Part shown: positions 15,615 to 24,215 of the stretch, piece after piece
Layout: each line of letters opens with the position of its first letter
Numbering within the stretch: position 1 is the stretch's first letter
NCBI GenBank assembly: GCA_041666545.1
Contig: JBAYGS010000001.1
Coordinates: 217,942 to 281,941, forward strand
Direction: 5' to 3'
Length of the DNA stretch: 64,000 nucleotides
Source: Minisyncoccota bacterium
GTDB taxonomy: Bacteria; Patescibacteriota; Minisyncoccia; Phycocordibacterales; JBAYGS01
The notes under the pieces: generated by a model
Seen by the model: the letters and a program-made list of their open reading frames with translations, nothing else
Told to the model about the DNA's origin: nothing
Database searches by the model: none
Program-made: the position numbers and the translations under genes

Positions 15615-16358
15615 ATGATAGATAAACTCATGCCGAAAGGCTATTTCGACGGGGTCCAGCGTGAAATGGTTCGCGCCGGATTTGCTCACATCTCAACGGT
15701 GCCGATCGACAGCACCGAATGTGAGTACCATGTCCCGACAGTCGCCGCTCGGGCCACTTCCATATTCTTTCACAAGCACGGGAAGGGGTTCGTCGTGATG
15801 CTCCGGTACAACGAACACATTGAGGACTCCGGGAATCCGCGAAAGGGAAACTGGCGAGTGGACTTTTACATTCGTTTCAAATCCTTCCGAACCCTACTCC
15901 AAGAGAATCCTCACTGGCTCGAGGACACCCTTCACGAGCACGGGGGTGGCATCTACCACGACATGCCGATCTTCGGGTCAACAAAGGTGGAGATCGAGGG
16001 GTTCAGAAGTTACGGCAGTATGAGCATTGAACGAGACTGCGAGAACGAGCAGGTCGTTCTGCATTTTGAAGAGCCTTACAGCCGGTCCGAGACCCTATCA
16101 CCAACCGAGCTGATTGTAAAAGTTGATCGGGTGTATCGGGCTGTCAAGAAATACCTCGACCGCGGGCCAATTTTTAAGCCCTCACTTCTCGACCTCGTCC
16201 CCCACTATACCTTCTCTGGACAAGACAATTTCACCCTGCCGTGGAAGACGGAGAAGCTGGAAGAAACCTTCTGGTCCAAGTTTGACTGGCACTACTTCCG
16301 CCATTTGGTCGTTCGCCCTTGGGGCTACAACTATCGACGGAAGGAGGCTACCGCCTAA
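15615..16358 (+). CDS. hypothetical protein (247 aa)
   Basis: AAGAAAGGAAAAATG RBS; terminator downstream. Confidence 0.55.
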   Translation: MIDKLMPKGYFDGVQREMVRAGFAHISTVPIDSTECEYHVPTVAARATSIFFHKHGKGFVVMLRYNEHIEDSGNPRKGNWRVDFYIRFKSFRTLLQENPHWLEDTLHEHGGGIYHDMPIFGSTKVEIEGFRSYGSMSIERDCENEQVVLHFEEPYSRSETLSPTELIVKVDRVYRAVKKYLDRGPIFKPSLLDLVPHYTFSGQDNFTLPWKTEKLEETFWSKFDWHYFRHLVVRPWGYNYRRKEATA

Positions 16359-16363
16359 TTCAC

Positions 16364-16400
16364 CCGCTCCGCGTGCGCAAGCATGTCGGAGCGGTTTTTT
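16364..16400 (+). terminator. intrinsic terminator CCGCTCCGCGTGCGCAAGCATGTCGGAGCGG + T6
   Basis: Read in sequence. Confidence 0.75.
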
Positions 16401-16419
16401 ATTTGATGATGTGGCGCGA

Positions 16420-16497
16420 CCGAAGTTTTGCGAGGGCAAAACTTCGGCTTTTTATCTTCTTCGCTATTGCAGTGTTTTGCAAAACACTGCAATAGCG
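16420..16497. terminator. two further hairpins between convergent genes: CCGAAGTTTTGC..GCAAAACTTCGG+T5 and the perfect palindrome CGCTATTGCAGTGTTTTGCAAAACACTGCAATAGCG
   Basis: Inverted repeats read in sequence. Confidence 0.5.
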
Positions 16498-16558
16498 AGC
16501 ACGGCAATTAAAAAATCCCCCGAGCGACTAGCGCTAGAGGGACTATGACGAAAACAAA

Positions 16559-17551
16559 CTACTTCCCTGCCCCATGGCCGTTTCCGTTCAGAGCCACTTC
16601 CGAGAATTTCCCGTTTTTCGGGTCTTCCTCGGTTGAGAGTGTCCGAAACGAATCCGGATGAGACAAGTTGAACTTGCTCACATGGACGCGATGTTCCGGC
16701 CGGAAGCCTTGCTCCAAGACCTTAGCCACCATCGCTGCAAACTCCGGCGTGGTTTTGACCTTGGTCGAGAGAGCCTGGCGCGGCAAGAGCTGATCAAAGA
16801 CAATCCTCGCTCCGGTCGTGATTGAATTGCCCGAAACATCCGGCTGCCAGAACTGTGAGAGAGTGACGATTCGCGAACCAAGAAAAACCGCTTCCTCGAT
16901 ATCGTGGGTGACGAAAATCACCGTCGTCTTGTACTTCTCCCAAAGCTCCAGGATGAAGACCTGCAACTCTTCACGAGTCGACGGATCCAAAGCCCCGTAG
17001 GGTTCGTCCATGCAGAGAATTTTCGGCATAGCGAAGAGGTCGATTGTAATCAGCGTTTGGGCAATCGCCACTCGCTGTTTCATCCCACCCGAAAGTTCGT
17101 GAGGATACTTGTCCCCGGCGCCTTCGAGCCGAATTTTTTTGAGATATCCTTCGGCCAGCAATCTGGCCTGTCGGTTCCACTTCGGCGACCATAGTTCCCG
17201 CCAAGGATCTGCTTGGTACTTGAGGCTCAAGAGGATATTCCCTAAAACAGTGAGATGTGGAGCCAGAGTGTAATTCTGAAACACCACACCACGCCTGCGA
17301 TCAGGGAAACCGGCCGGACCGCCCATAATTTGAAACTGCAGAGCGGTATCGACTTGCTCCTGCCCAGTAATCAAACGGAGAAGGGTCGACTTGCCACAAC
17401 CGGAAGGCCCGACCATGGTCACGAACTCGCCACTCTTGATTTTGATGTCCACATTGTTGAGCACCACTTTGCGGCCACCCGGAACTTTCGGATCCGGATA
17501 GCCGTGGTAAGCGCTCTCAACCAGAATGTCGTACTTGGTTTTTGTCTCCAT
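16559..17551 (-). CDS. ABC transporter ATP-binding protein, NitT/TauT (SsuB/TauB-like) family, with C-terminal extension
   Basis: Walker A GPSGCGKST, signature LSGGMKQRVAIA, Walker B, H-loop. Confidence 0.85.
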   Translation of the reverse strand: METKTKYDILVESAYHGYPDPKVPGGRKVVLNNVDIKIKSGEFVTMVGPSGCGKSTLLRLITGQEQVDTALQFQIMGGPAGFPDRRRGVVFQNYTLAPHLTVLGNILLSLKYQADPWRELWSPKWNRQARLLAEGYLKKIRLEGAGDKYPHELSGGMKQRVAIAQTLITIDLFAMPKILCMDEPYGALDPSTREELQVFILELWEKYKTTVIFVTHDIEEAVFLGSRIVTLSQFWQPDVSGNSITTGARIVFDQLLPRQALSTKVKTTPEFAAMVAKVLEQGFRPEHRVHVSKFNLSHPDSFRTLSTEEDPKNGKFSEVALNGNGHGAGK

Positions 17552-17560
17552 ATTTCCTTT

Positions 17561-18412
17561 CTAGTTGCTGACTTTGCTATACCAAGCGAAGCAACGCAAC
17601 TTAAGCGAGAGCTTTAGGATGTAGTCGCAACTGTAGGCCAGGGCGGTGATATACATCACATACGGAATAATCAGGGCCATGTTCATGTACCTCTGTTGGA
17701 GGTAAACCCGATAACCCAAACCTTCCGTTGACGCTACCGCTTCTGACGCAATCACAAAGATCCAAGCGGCGCCGAGCGACACTCGAACCAAGTCAATGAG
17801 TCGCGGAAACATCTGTGGCACCACGATGCGCATCAAGACTTCAAACTGCGACGCACCAAGAGTCAATTGCTTGACCTTAACCTCGTTCGGGATTTGCTCC
17901 ACCATTTGTTCGACGCTTCGCGCAATCGGGATCCCGATGCCGAAAACAATCAGAAAAATTTTGGAAGCTTCACCGATACCAAGCGCCACCAAGACGATGA
18001 CTAGCACCGCCAAGGGGTTGATATTTGAGAGGACAGTAATAATCGGCATAAACAAGGACCGCAGGCCCGGGAAAAGTCCGATCATAATTCCGGCCACATA
18101 GCCAAAGACTGCGGAAATACCGACACCGATGGCAAGCCTTCGCAGACTCGCCTTGGTATCTTCGAGGAAAAAATTCTTGCCCGAACGCTTGTCCGGGACA
18201 GTGATTATTTCCTTCATTTCGCCGTACATCTGACTGAAGTACGGCATCAGTTTGTCATCCGGATTTTTTTCGTGACGCTTTTGGGCGATCAGGAAATAAA
18301 CCAGGAGCAAGAGCGCAACCGGCAAGAGTCCGAGAAGTTTTGAAAGCTTCTCGCCCGGTTTGGCATTGATGCCAAAGAATAACGGAGTCCGACAATGGAT
18401 GTTGTTGTCCAT
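17561..18412 (-). CDS. ABC transporter permease, SsuC/TauC-like (BPD inner-membrane component)
   Basis: 6 TM segments, EAA-like loop region. Confidence 0.8.
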   Translation of the reverse strand: MDNNIHCRTPLFFGINAKPGEKLSKLLGLLPVALLLLVYFLIAQKRHEKNPDDKLMPYFSQMYGEMKEIITVPDKRSGKNFFLEDTKASLRRLAIGVGISAVFGYVAGIMIGLFPGLRSLFMPIITVLSNINPLAVLVIVLVALGIGEASKIFLIVFGIGIPIARSVEQMVEQIPNEVKVKQLTLGASQFEVLMRIVVPQMFPRLIDLVRVSLGAAWIFVIASEAVASTEGLGYRVYLQQRYMNMALIIPYVMYITALAYSCDYILKLSLKLRCFAWYSKVSN

Positions 18413-18488
18413 TTGGTTCCTTTCTAGTTTGTTTGTTTTTAAAGAACAAGCTTTTTAGGGCTTAAATCCTTACTGGGTTCTGATTTTG

Positions 18489-18516
18489 AGTATACACATT
18501 TTCAGCCGTCTGTCAA
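18489..18516 (-). promoter_or_regulatory. candidate sigma-70 promoter (TTGACA-16-TATACT) for permease/ATPase genes; -35 sits at the MITE insertion junction
   Basis: Minus-strand read GGGGTTGACAGACGGCTGAAAATGTGTATACT. Confidence 0.45.
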
Positions 18517-18634
18517 CCCCGTTAGAGATAGGTCGTCGCAACGACGACCGTGGCCGTCACTGTTTCCAAACATTTTGTGTAAAAGCTAAGTTGGTTTCGT
18601 GATCGCTATTCCTAACAAAAAATCTCTAACGGGG
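18517..18634. mobile_element. MITE-like element copy 2 (118 bp), TIR CCCCGTTAGAGAT/ATCTCTAACGGGG, flanked by 4-bp direct repeat TCAA
   Basis: 13-bp perfect TIR; internal hairpin GGTCGTCGCAACGACGACC; ~85% identical to copy at 29221; lies between the binding-protein and permease genes of the ABC operon. Confidence 0.7.
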
Positions 18635-18668
18635 TCAAGACAAATAACGACACCGGTACGCGTTAGCG

Positions 18669-18690
18669 CACGACACCAATACACGAATAG
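18669..18690 (+). repeat. 21-nt motif CACGACACCAATACACGAATAG (copy 2) followed by ATTCGTG/CGAATA short repeats (to ~18745)
   Basis: Match to 1544-1564 and 50379-50399. Confidence 0.7.
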
Positions 18691-18740
18691 CTGAATTCGT
18701 GTGTGCGTATTCGTGGTCTCGCTATTCGCGTACTTTATTC

Positions 18741-18812
18741 GTATGCCCTATTTGTAAGGGTTCTTAACATAAAAACCCCTCGCCTGCCGTAGCAGATGAG
18801 GGGTTGGGCCGG
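18741..18812. repeat. degenerate copy of the palindromic repeat module (TTACAAATAGGGCATACGAATA, palindrome core deleted) + terminator hairpin for the binding-protein gene
   Basis: Shares flanks TAAGGGTTCTTAACA and CGAATA with copies at 22305, 25890 and 42040. Confidence 0.5.
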
Positions 18813-18836
18813 AACGCTTCGCGCTCCGGCAAATAA

Positions 18837-19871
18837 TTACTTCAAATAACTGGTGGGATCCTTGTAGTGGATCTTCACATTCTTCGGATTGCCGTAAACC
18901 GACCCATCGGGAAATTCGATCCCGATATGTTGGGCCGACTTCGCACCTTGACCAAGCAGGCCATGATCGAAACAGAACTCCGCCACGGTCTTGGCTGCCT
19001 TCTTAGCTTGCGGGCCGCTGGCAAAAGCCTGCGCATCCGCCGGCTTGTAGAACATGTAGGTCGTCTTCAACTGGGCCTTGAACTCGGCGACCGTACCACC
19101 GGCGAATTTCGCCATGGCCGCAATCGCTTCATCCGTTTTCTTGCCCTGGCCGGTCATGATCTCCATCGCCTCAAACCATGCTCCGACCAGTGCCCTTTTG
19201 ACACCTTCCGGAGCGTCGCGACGAACCACCATAAGATCCTGGATTTCGCCGGGAATCTTGGATGAGTCGAAGACCATCTTCGCGCCGGGCAAATTACGCA
19301 CCTGCATCAAGATCGGGTTCCAGGTGACGCAAGCGCCCTTGGGACCGGAACTGGCGAAGGTGGCACCGATGTTAGCATCCGAAGTGTTGACCTCGGTCAC
19401 ATCGCCGTCCTTCATTCCTTCGGCCTTGAGAGCTTGGGAGAGAAGATAGCTGGAAACCGAGTCCTTCACGATCATGAACTGTCGACCCTTCGCTTCGCGC
19501 AAAGATTTGGCATTCATGAGCACCACTCCGTCGTTGCCGTTCGAGTAGTCACCGACCACGAGGATGTCGGAATCGATACCGCCGGAGGCCGGCATATCGA
19601 GACAGTCCATGATGGTCATCGCGCAACCCACAGCCGAACCGGCGGTGTACTGGTTGATCGAGGTGACATAGTCATTGATGAGGACAATCTCGACTTTCAC
19701 GCCGTGCTTGTCCGCATGCTTTTTCATAATGCCGGAGTCGCTGATGTATTGCCACGGCTCCCAGCCGGTGTAATGGGACCAGAGATACCGATAGGTTTCG
19801 CCGGCCTGCACTGCAGTGGAAGCAACCAAACTGATGATGGTCAAAATAAGAAGGCTGAGGTATTTTTTCAT
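18837..19871 (-). CDS. ABC transporter substrate-binding protein, NMT1/SsuA/TauA-like, with signal peptide
   Basis: MKKYLSLLILTIISLVASTAVQA signal; NMT1-like periplasmic binding fold features. Confidence 0.75.
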   Translation of the reverse strand: MKKYLSLLILTIISLVASTAVQAGETYRYLWSHYTGWEPWQYISDSGIMKKHADKHGVKVEIVLINDYVTSINQYTAGSAVGCAMTIMDCLDMPASGGIDSDILVVGDYSNGNDGVVLMNAKSLREAKGRQFMIVKDSVSSYLLSQALKAEGMKDGDVTEVNTSDANIGATFASSGPKGACVTWNPILMQVRNLPGAKMVFDSSKIPGEIQDLMVVRRDAPEGVKRALVGAWFEAMEIMTGQGKKTDEAIAAMAKFAGGTVAEFKAQLKTTYMFYKPADAQAFASGPQAKKAAKTVAEFCFDHGLLGQGAKSAQHIGIEFPDGSVYGNPKNVKIHYKDPTSYLK

Positions 19872-20035
19872 GCTGACTTTTCCTTTCTTGCCCGAACAGG
19901 CGGAGCCTGTTTTAGGGCTTTCTGACTTCTCGTTTTTGTTTTACCCGAGCAATTCTTATTGCTTTAGGGTTTTGTTTTCTGACTGATGGCCCACGGCAAG
20001 ACCGTCCTGCCGTGGGCCGATTCCTTCCCAACCAA

Positions 20036-21271
20036 TTAGGCATTGAGAGGGGCACCGGAAGGCTCGAGCTCGAGGCTAATCGTCGAACGTTGCGCGTTGC
20101 CGCGTTCCATCCGACCAATCACCTTCTCTCCTTCGCCAGCCATCCGATCCATCTCCGCAATGTTTTGCGCCATTTGCGGCAAAGCTTCCTGCTTAAACCG
20201 AGAAATGTCGTCAACAGCAGACACCACGTCTGCGAAACACGTCTTCAGCTTATCAAGACTCAGAGATTGCCCGGAAGCCCGCTTGTTGACATCGGCCACA
20301 CCTGTTTTGACAAGTTGGCCCATTTGGACAAGCATTTCGTTGGCAGTCTCATCCATGGCTTCGAGACTCTTCAGAATCACACGCTGATCAGCAAGGGCGA
20401 TTGACGCCGCGGCACCAATCCTGAGAGCATTGACTGTCACCTCTTCACACCGGCGCACTCCGCGAATCAATTCGCGATTAGTACGACGGATAACTTCGAA
20501 GACGATCACGCCGTTCTGATTGATCAGTAGGTTTTGCTGAAGGTCCACGATCCGTTGGCGGAGAGGGAACAAGACTTCTTCGTTAAGAAATTTGCACTTC
20601 TCGCTTTCCGGATCAATGCTGGCAATTTTCTCTGCAAGCTTATCGTCGAGACGTCTCGCAACCTGAACCGTCTTCTGCAGACGCAAGATCAGGCTGCGCA
20701 TTTCCGCTTGATCCTCACTCAGAAAATCGTTGTCCCTCTGCAATTGGGCTGCCCCTTCTCGCATTTGGAAAACGATCGCCTCGATTACGCCACTGGCCGA
20801 TTGGTACTTGGTAAAGTACCGGTTGGCCGTAATCCCCACAAACGGAATGTACGACAACACTCGTCCAAAGGCACCGGGTGCCAAGATGTTGTAGCGAGCA
20901 GGATTGATATGATCAACCTGCACTTTGAGATCAATCAGCGATTTCGCCACCGGCCGACCTTCGGTTGTGGTTGCCAATTTCCCAACTTGTCGATTAAGGA
21001 GGCCGCTTTTGGCGAGCAATCCTTTGACGAGCGGGGCGCCGATTGATTCAACAGCTGCCTCCATCTGGACTCTTTGGCTGGGCTGATTCAGATCACAACC
21101 AAGAATCTTGTCGAGCACTTCTTGAGCGGTTTGATCCACCTGAAGATCGACTTTTTTCTTGCTGTCCAAATCATCCGCGCTCAAAAAACCCAAATCCCTT
21201 CTGACCTGATCAGGTTTTGCAACCTGTAAAGGCGCCACTGGCGCCGCTGACACGAGAACTTGTTCTGACAT
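20036..21271 (-). CDS. TelA-like (toxic anion resistance / YaaN-like) coiled-coil protein
   Basis: 411-aa all-helical Q/L/A/E-rich protein recalling the TelA family; immediately follows an XpaC-like gene as in Bacillus xpaC-yaaN; AGAAAGGAAG RBS. Confidence 0.5.
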   Translation of the reverse strand: MSEQVLVSAAPVAPLQVAKPDQVRRDLGFLSADDLDSKKKVDLQVDQTAQEVLDKILGCDLNQPSQRVQMEAAVESIGAPLVKGLLAKSGLLNRQVGKLATTTEGRPVAKSLIDLKVQVDHINPARYNILAPGAFGRVLSYIPFVGITANRYFTKYQSASGVIEAIVFQMREGAAQLQRDNDFLSEDQAEMRSLILRLQKTVQVARRLDDKLAEKIASIDPESEKCKFLNEEVLFPLRQRIVDLQQNLLINQNGVIVFEVIRRTNRELIRGVRRCEEVTVNALRIGAAASIALADQRVILKSLEAMDETANEMLVQMGQLVKTGVADVNKRASGQSLSLDKLKTCFADVVSAVDDISRFKQEALPQMAQNIAEMDRMAGEGEKVIGRMERGNAQRSTISLELEPSGAPLNA

Positions 21272-21303
21272 ATGTTATCTCTTCCTTTCTTCTGTTCTGC
21301 TGT

Positions 21304-22161
21304 TTAGGTTTGCTTTTCCACTGGCAAATCGAGAGGATTAACCTTCGATCTGTTATTGACTCGATTAATCAGACCGACCAATTCACTCATGGCACCTTCC
21401 AACTCGCCATTGCCTTGACCTTTGATTTTGAGCGCAGCGGAGCCGGCCTGATCGATAGCTGTGAGCACTTCTTCGTTTCGAGCCAAAAGCTCGGCGACCT
21501 CAGCTTGGCTGTCGTCGTAAAGCTTGGCTCGCTCCTCCAAAGTTTTCACAGTTCGCTCGTCAGCCGAAGTGCGTATCAACTTTCTTTTCAACAAGTCGAG
21601 CTTCCTCGAAATATCACCGCGATTGATATCGCTGATGTTAGTGAGAATGTTCGCAACTCGCTCCAAATTACTGACGGCAGAAGCGTAAACCACTTCTGCC
21701 GAACCCAGAAATCTGGTAAAAGACAGCTCGCCTTCGTTGAGAACTCGGGAAAGAACAGTTCGCAGATTTTCAAACTTGTCTGCCAACTGCCCGACCTGTT
21801 CTCGACCTTGATTGCAACCAAGTTTTTTCAAGTCAGTCGCAACCGTCTCCAACTTTTGCTCTTTCATGACTTCAAATCGATCGTGAAGCTCCGCGTAATA
21901 CCTTTGCAGGCACGCGTCGCGTCCACCGAAAAATTTGATGGCCCAATTGGCGGCACCGACGAAGGTGCAACCGGCGGCAATCCCAAGCGCTGCCGGGACT
22001 GTCACCATGCCAAAAAGTCCCAAACCAAATCCTGCCGCCACGCCTAGGGCCGGGGGCCAAAGGGTAAGCGGATGCTGAATCGTATCTGACAAAGCCGCCC
22101 TGCGAGCGGCCGTTTCGCTGTAATCCAGCTCAACTGACGCGCCTTTCGGGTTTTCGTTCAT
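21304..22161 (-). CDS. XpaC-like membrane protein (two TM helices + long coiled coil)
   Basis: TM pair (LGVAAGFGLGLFGMVTVPAALGIAAGCTFVGAANWAIKFF) followed by helical region; AGAAAGG RBS; identity by architecture and synteny only. Confidence 0.45.
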   Translation of the reverse strand: MNENPKGASVELDYSETAARRAALSDTIQHPLTLWPPALGVAAGFGLGLFGMVTVPAALGIAAGCTFVGAANWAIKFFGGRDACLQRYYAELHDRFEVMKEQKLETVATDLKKLGCNQGREQVGQLADKFENLRTVLSRVLNEGELSFTRFLGSAEVVYASAVSNLERVANILTNISDINRGDISRKLDLLKRKLIRTSADERTVKTLEERAKLYDDSQAEVAELLARNEEVLTAIDQAGSAALKIKGQGNGELEGAMSELVGLINRVNNRSKVNPLDLPVEKQT

Positions 22162-22223
22162 TTTCAGCCTTTCTATATATTTTTAGTTATTTGAAGTTTT
22201 CAACGAACACAAATCTGTTTCCC

Positions 22224-22251
22224 ACTATACACAAAGTATAGTTTTTGTCAA
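22224..22251 (-). promoter_or_regulatory. candidate sigma-70 promoter TTGACA-16-TATAGT for xpaC-telA-like operon; shares an identical 26-nt block with the promoter at 25837
   Basis: Minus-strand TTGACAAAAACTATACTTTGTGTATAGTGGGAAACAGATTTGTG. Confidence 0.5.
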
Positions 22252-22304
22252 GCATTTAGGCCAAACTTGGCGTGGTCTCGGATATTAAAAAACAGTTAAT
22301 AACC

Positions 22305-22345
22305 GTTACGAATACGCCTGCCTGCCGGTAGGCAGGGCACATGAA
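22305..22345. repeat. palindromic repeat module copy: TTACGAATACG-CCTGCCTGCCGGTAGGCAGG-GCACATGAATA (20-bp palindrome, one central mismatch)
   Basis: Copies at 25890-25935 and 42040-42080 (perfect palindrome), degenerate at 18741. Confidence 0.7.
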
Positions 22346-22354
22346 TATATAAAA

Positions 22355-22382
22355 AACCGTCTCCCTCTTCGGAGAGACGGTT
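22355..22382 (-). terminator. intrinsic terminator AACCGTCTCTCCGAAGAGGGAGACGGTT + T6 (minus strand) ending the AAA gene
   Basis: Read in sequence. Confidence 0.75.
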
Positions 22383-22389
22383 GCTTCGA

Positions 22390-24033
22390 TCAGACACCGA
22401 TCTGATGAAGCTTTTGCACATTGGCAATCTGGTCCATGAAGTCGTGCGTGAACTCCCGCAATGCATCTCCATGGTCCATGCCAAACTCCTGCCGTGCGAT
22501 ATTGTCGACGGCTCCGACCAGATCCGCATCGGTCAAACCTTCGGTCGGCTCCGGCTTCAAGAGTTCCCGCTCCAAAGCCAGACGCTTGGCATCGGCGACA
22601 ATCGCCGGAATCATAGACCCACTCACAATATGGGCCAAGGTGAAGTCAACAGTCGTACCGTCAGCCTTCTTGATTTCGTAGATTCTCCGCTCCGGAGAAA
22701 AAACCGAAATCGCGCCGACTTCGGCCAACAATTCAGCCGAGGTAGTGGAGGAAATCGCCACACCCTTAAAGTTCTTGAGAAAGATTTCCCGAACCGCTAC
22801 CTTCGTGGGCCGTTTGATTTCGATTTTCACATCGATTCGACCGGGCCGAATTGCCGCACTATCCAAACTCTCCGGCTTGTTGGTCGCCAGAATCACAATC
22901 GCGCCCGATTCCCGCACGCCTTGCATCTGCGCCAGAAAGGCCGGCACAATCGTCTTCAAGACATCACTCGAAATCCCCGAATCGCGTTTGGCCAAAATCG
23001 CTTCAGCCTCGTCGATGAAGATAACCGCCATGATGCCGGTCCGACGATAGAACTCGCGGGCTCGCGCAAAGATGTGGCGGATGGTCGCTTCCGGCACGCC
23101 GACATACTTGTCGAGCAACTCCGGACCAGAAACCAGGATGAAGCCGCCTTTGGGACTCACACCTTTCTCTTCGCAACGTTTGACCAAGGAAGTGTAGACC
23201 GCCTTGGCAAACATTGTCTTGCTACAACCCGGAGGGCCGTAGAGCAGAAAGCCGGCCGCCGGCTTCTTGCCAAAGAATTTGTAATGCTTTGGAAAGCGCA
23301 TCGGCCTCTCCATCGAGTCCAAGAACAACGCCTTGGCCGCTTCTTGGCCACAAATGTCGTCCCAAGTGATGCCGGTCGCCTGATCGAGCTCAAACGAGTC
23401 GTCTTCGAGACCGTAATTTTCGAGCACGATCGCGAGGGCCGAGTCGAGTACGACTCGGCCATTCGGAACCAGTTTGCCAGCAAACTTACCGGCAAAAACT
23501 GTCCGGCGTCCACCCGAAACATCTACCACCGCCAATTCCTTGTCGATAATCTGGGAGACGAAAGCGATGCTACCGGTCGGAACTGCGGGCTCCACACCAA
23601 CGGCGCGGAGAGTTTCGCGTTCCAGCTTGACCACATCACCCGGTTCGATGTTGAGACCGTCGATCGGCACCTCAATCATCTGACCCGAGTAATTCACGGT
23701 CGCAAACCGCTCTTTTTCGCCTTCGGCGAGTTCCAGATCGCAAGCGCCACCCTGCACACCGAACATACCGATGCGATAACGATTTTTGGCACCGTCAGGA
23801 AAGCTGACCCACGACCAGCCCTCTTCCCTCGGGTCTGGCGCAAAAATCCGGCCAACCCCTTTCGGGGCTGAAGCGGCAAACTTACTGCCGGGATTAACCG
23901 TGACCAGAGTCCCAGTTTTCCGGAGCATGCTCGGAGTCGGTTTCGGCATCCGAGAACTCACTTTGAGAACTGTCGCCTGAACCAGAGGGTAACGAATTGG
24001 ATTTTGTTCCAAGTCTTGATTGAAGTCTGTCAT
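22390..24033 (-). CDS. AAA+ ATPase, classical (CDC48/FtsH-like) clade, with ~270-aa N-terminal beta-rich domain
   Basis: ITWDDICGQEAAKALF...LLYGPPGCSKT (Walker A), IFIDEAEAIL (Walker B), ILATNKPESLDSAAIRPGRID (SRH); start at ATG 24033 with AAAGGAAA RBS (track start 24087). Confidence 0.85.
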   Translation of the reverse strand: MTDFNQDLEQNPIRYPLVQATVLKVSSRMPKPTPSMLRKTGTLVTVNPGSKFAASAPKGVGRIFAPDPREEGWSWVSFPDGAKNRYRIGMFGVQGGACDLELAEGEKERFATVNYSGQMIEVPIDGLNIEPGDVVKLERETLRAVGVEPAVPTGSIAFVSQIIDKELAVVDVSGGRRTVFAGKFAGKLVPNGRVVLDSALAIVLENYGLEDDSFELDQATGITWDDICGQEAAKALFLDSMERPMRFPKHYKFFGKKPAAGFLLYGPPGCSKTMFAKAVYTSLVKRCEEKGVSPKGGFILVSGPELLDKYVGVPEATIRHIFARAREFYRRTGIMAVIFIDEAEAILAKRDSGISSDVLKTIVPAFLAQMQGVRESGAIVILATNKPESLDSAAIRPGRIDVKIEIKRPTKVAVREIFLKNFKGVAISSTTSAELLAEVGAISVFSPERRIYEIKKADGTTVDFTLAHIVSGSMIPAIVADAKRLALERELLKPEPTEGLTDADLVGAVDNIARQEFGMDHGDALREFTHDFMDQIANVQKLHQIGV

Positions 24034-24215
24034 ATCATTTCCTTTTTTTGAGTTTTTCCAAATAACAATCTGAAATATGTTTAGCATAAAACAATGATTT
24101 TGTCAAACAAAAAACCGGTAGTGCCTCCCAGTCTTATGCATCGCCCGGACCCGCCGGACGAAATAAGATGGAAGACACCACCGGTAAACTCAGCCGACTA
24201 ATCGGCCCAAACCAG

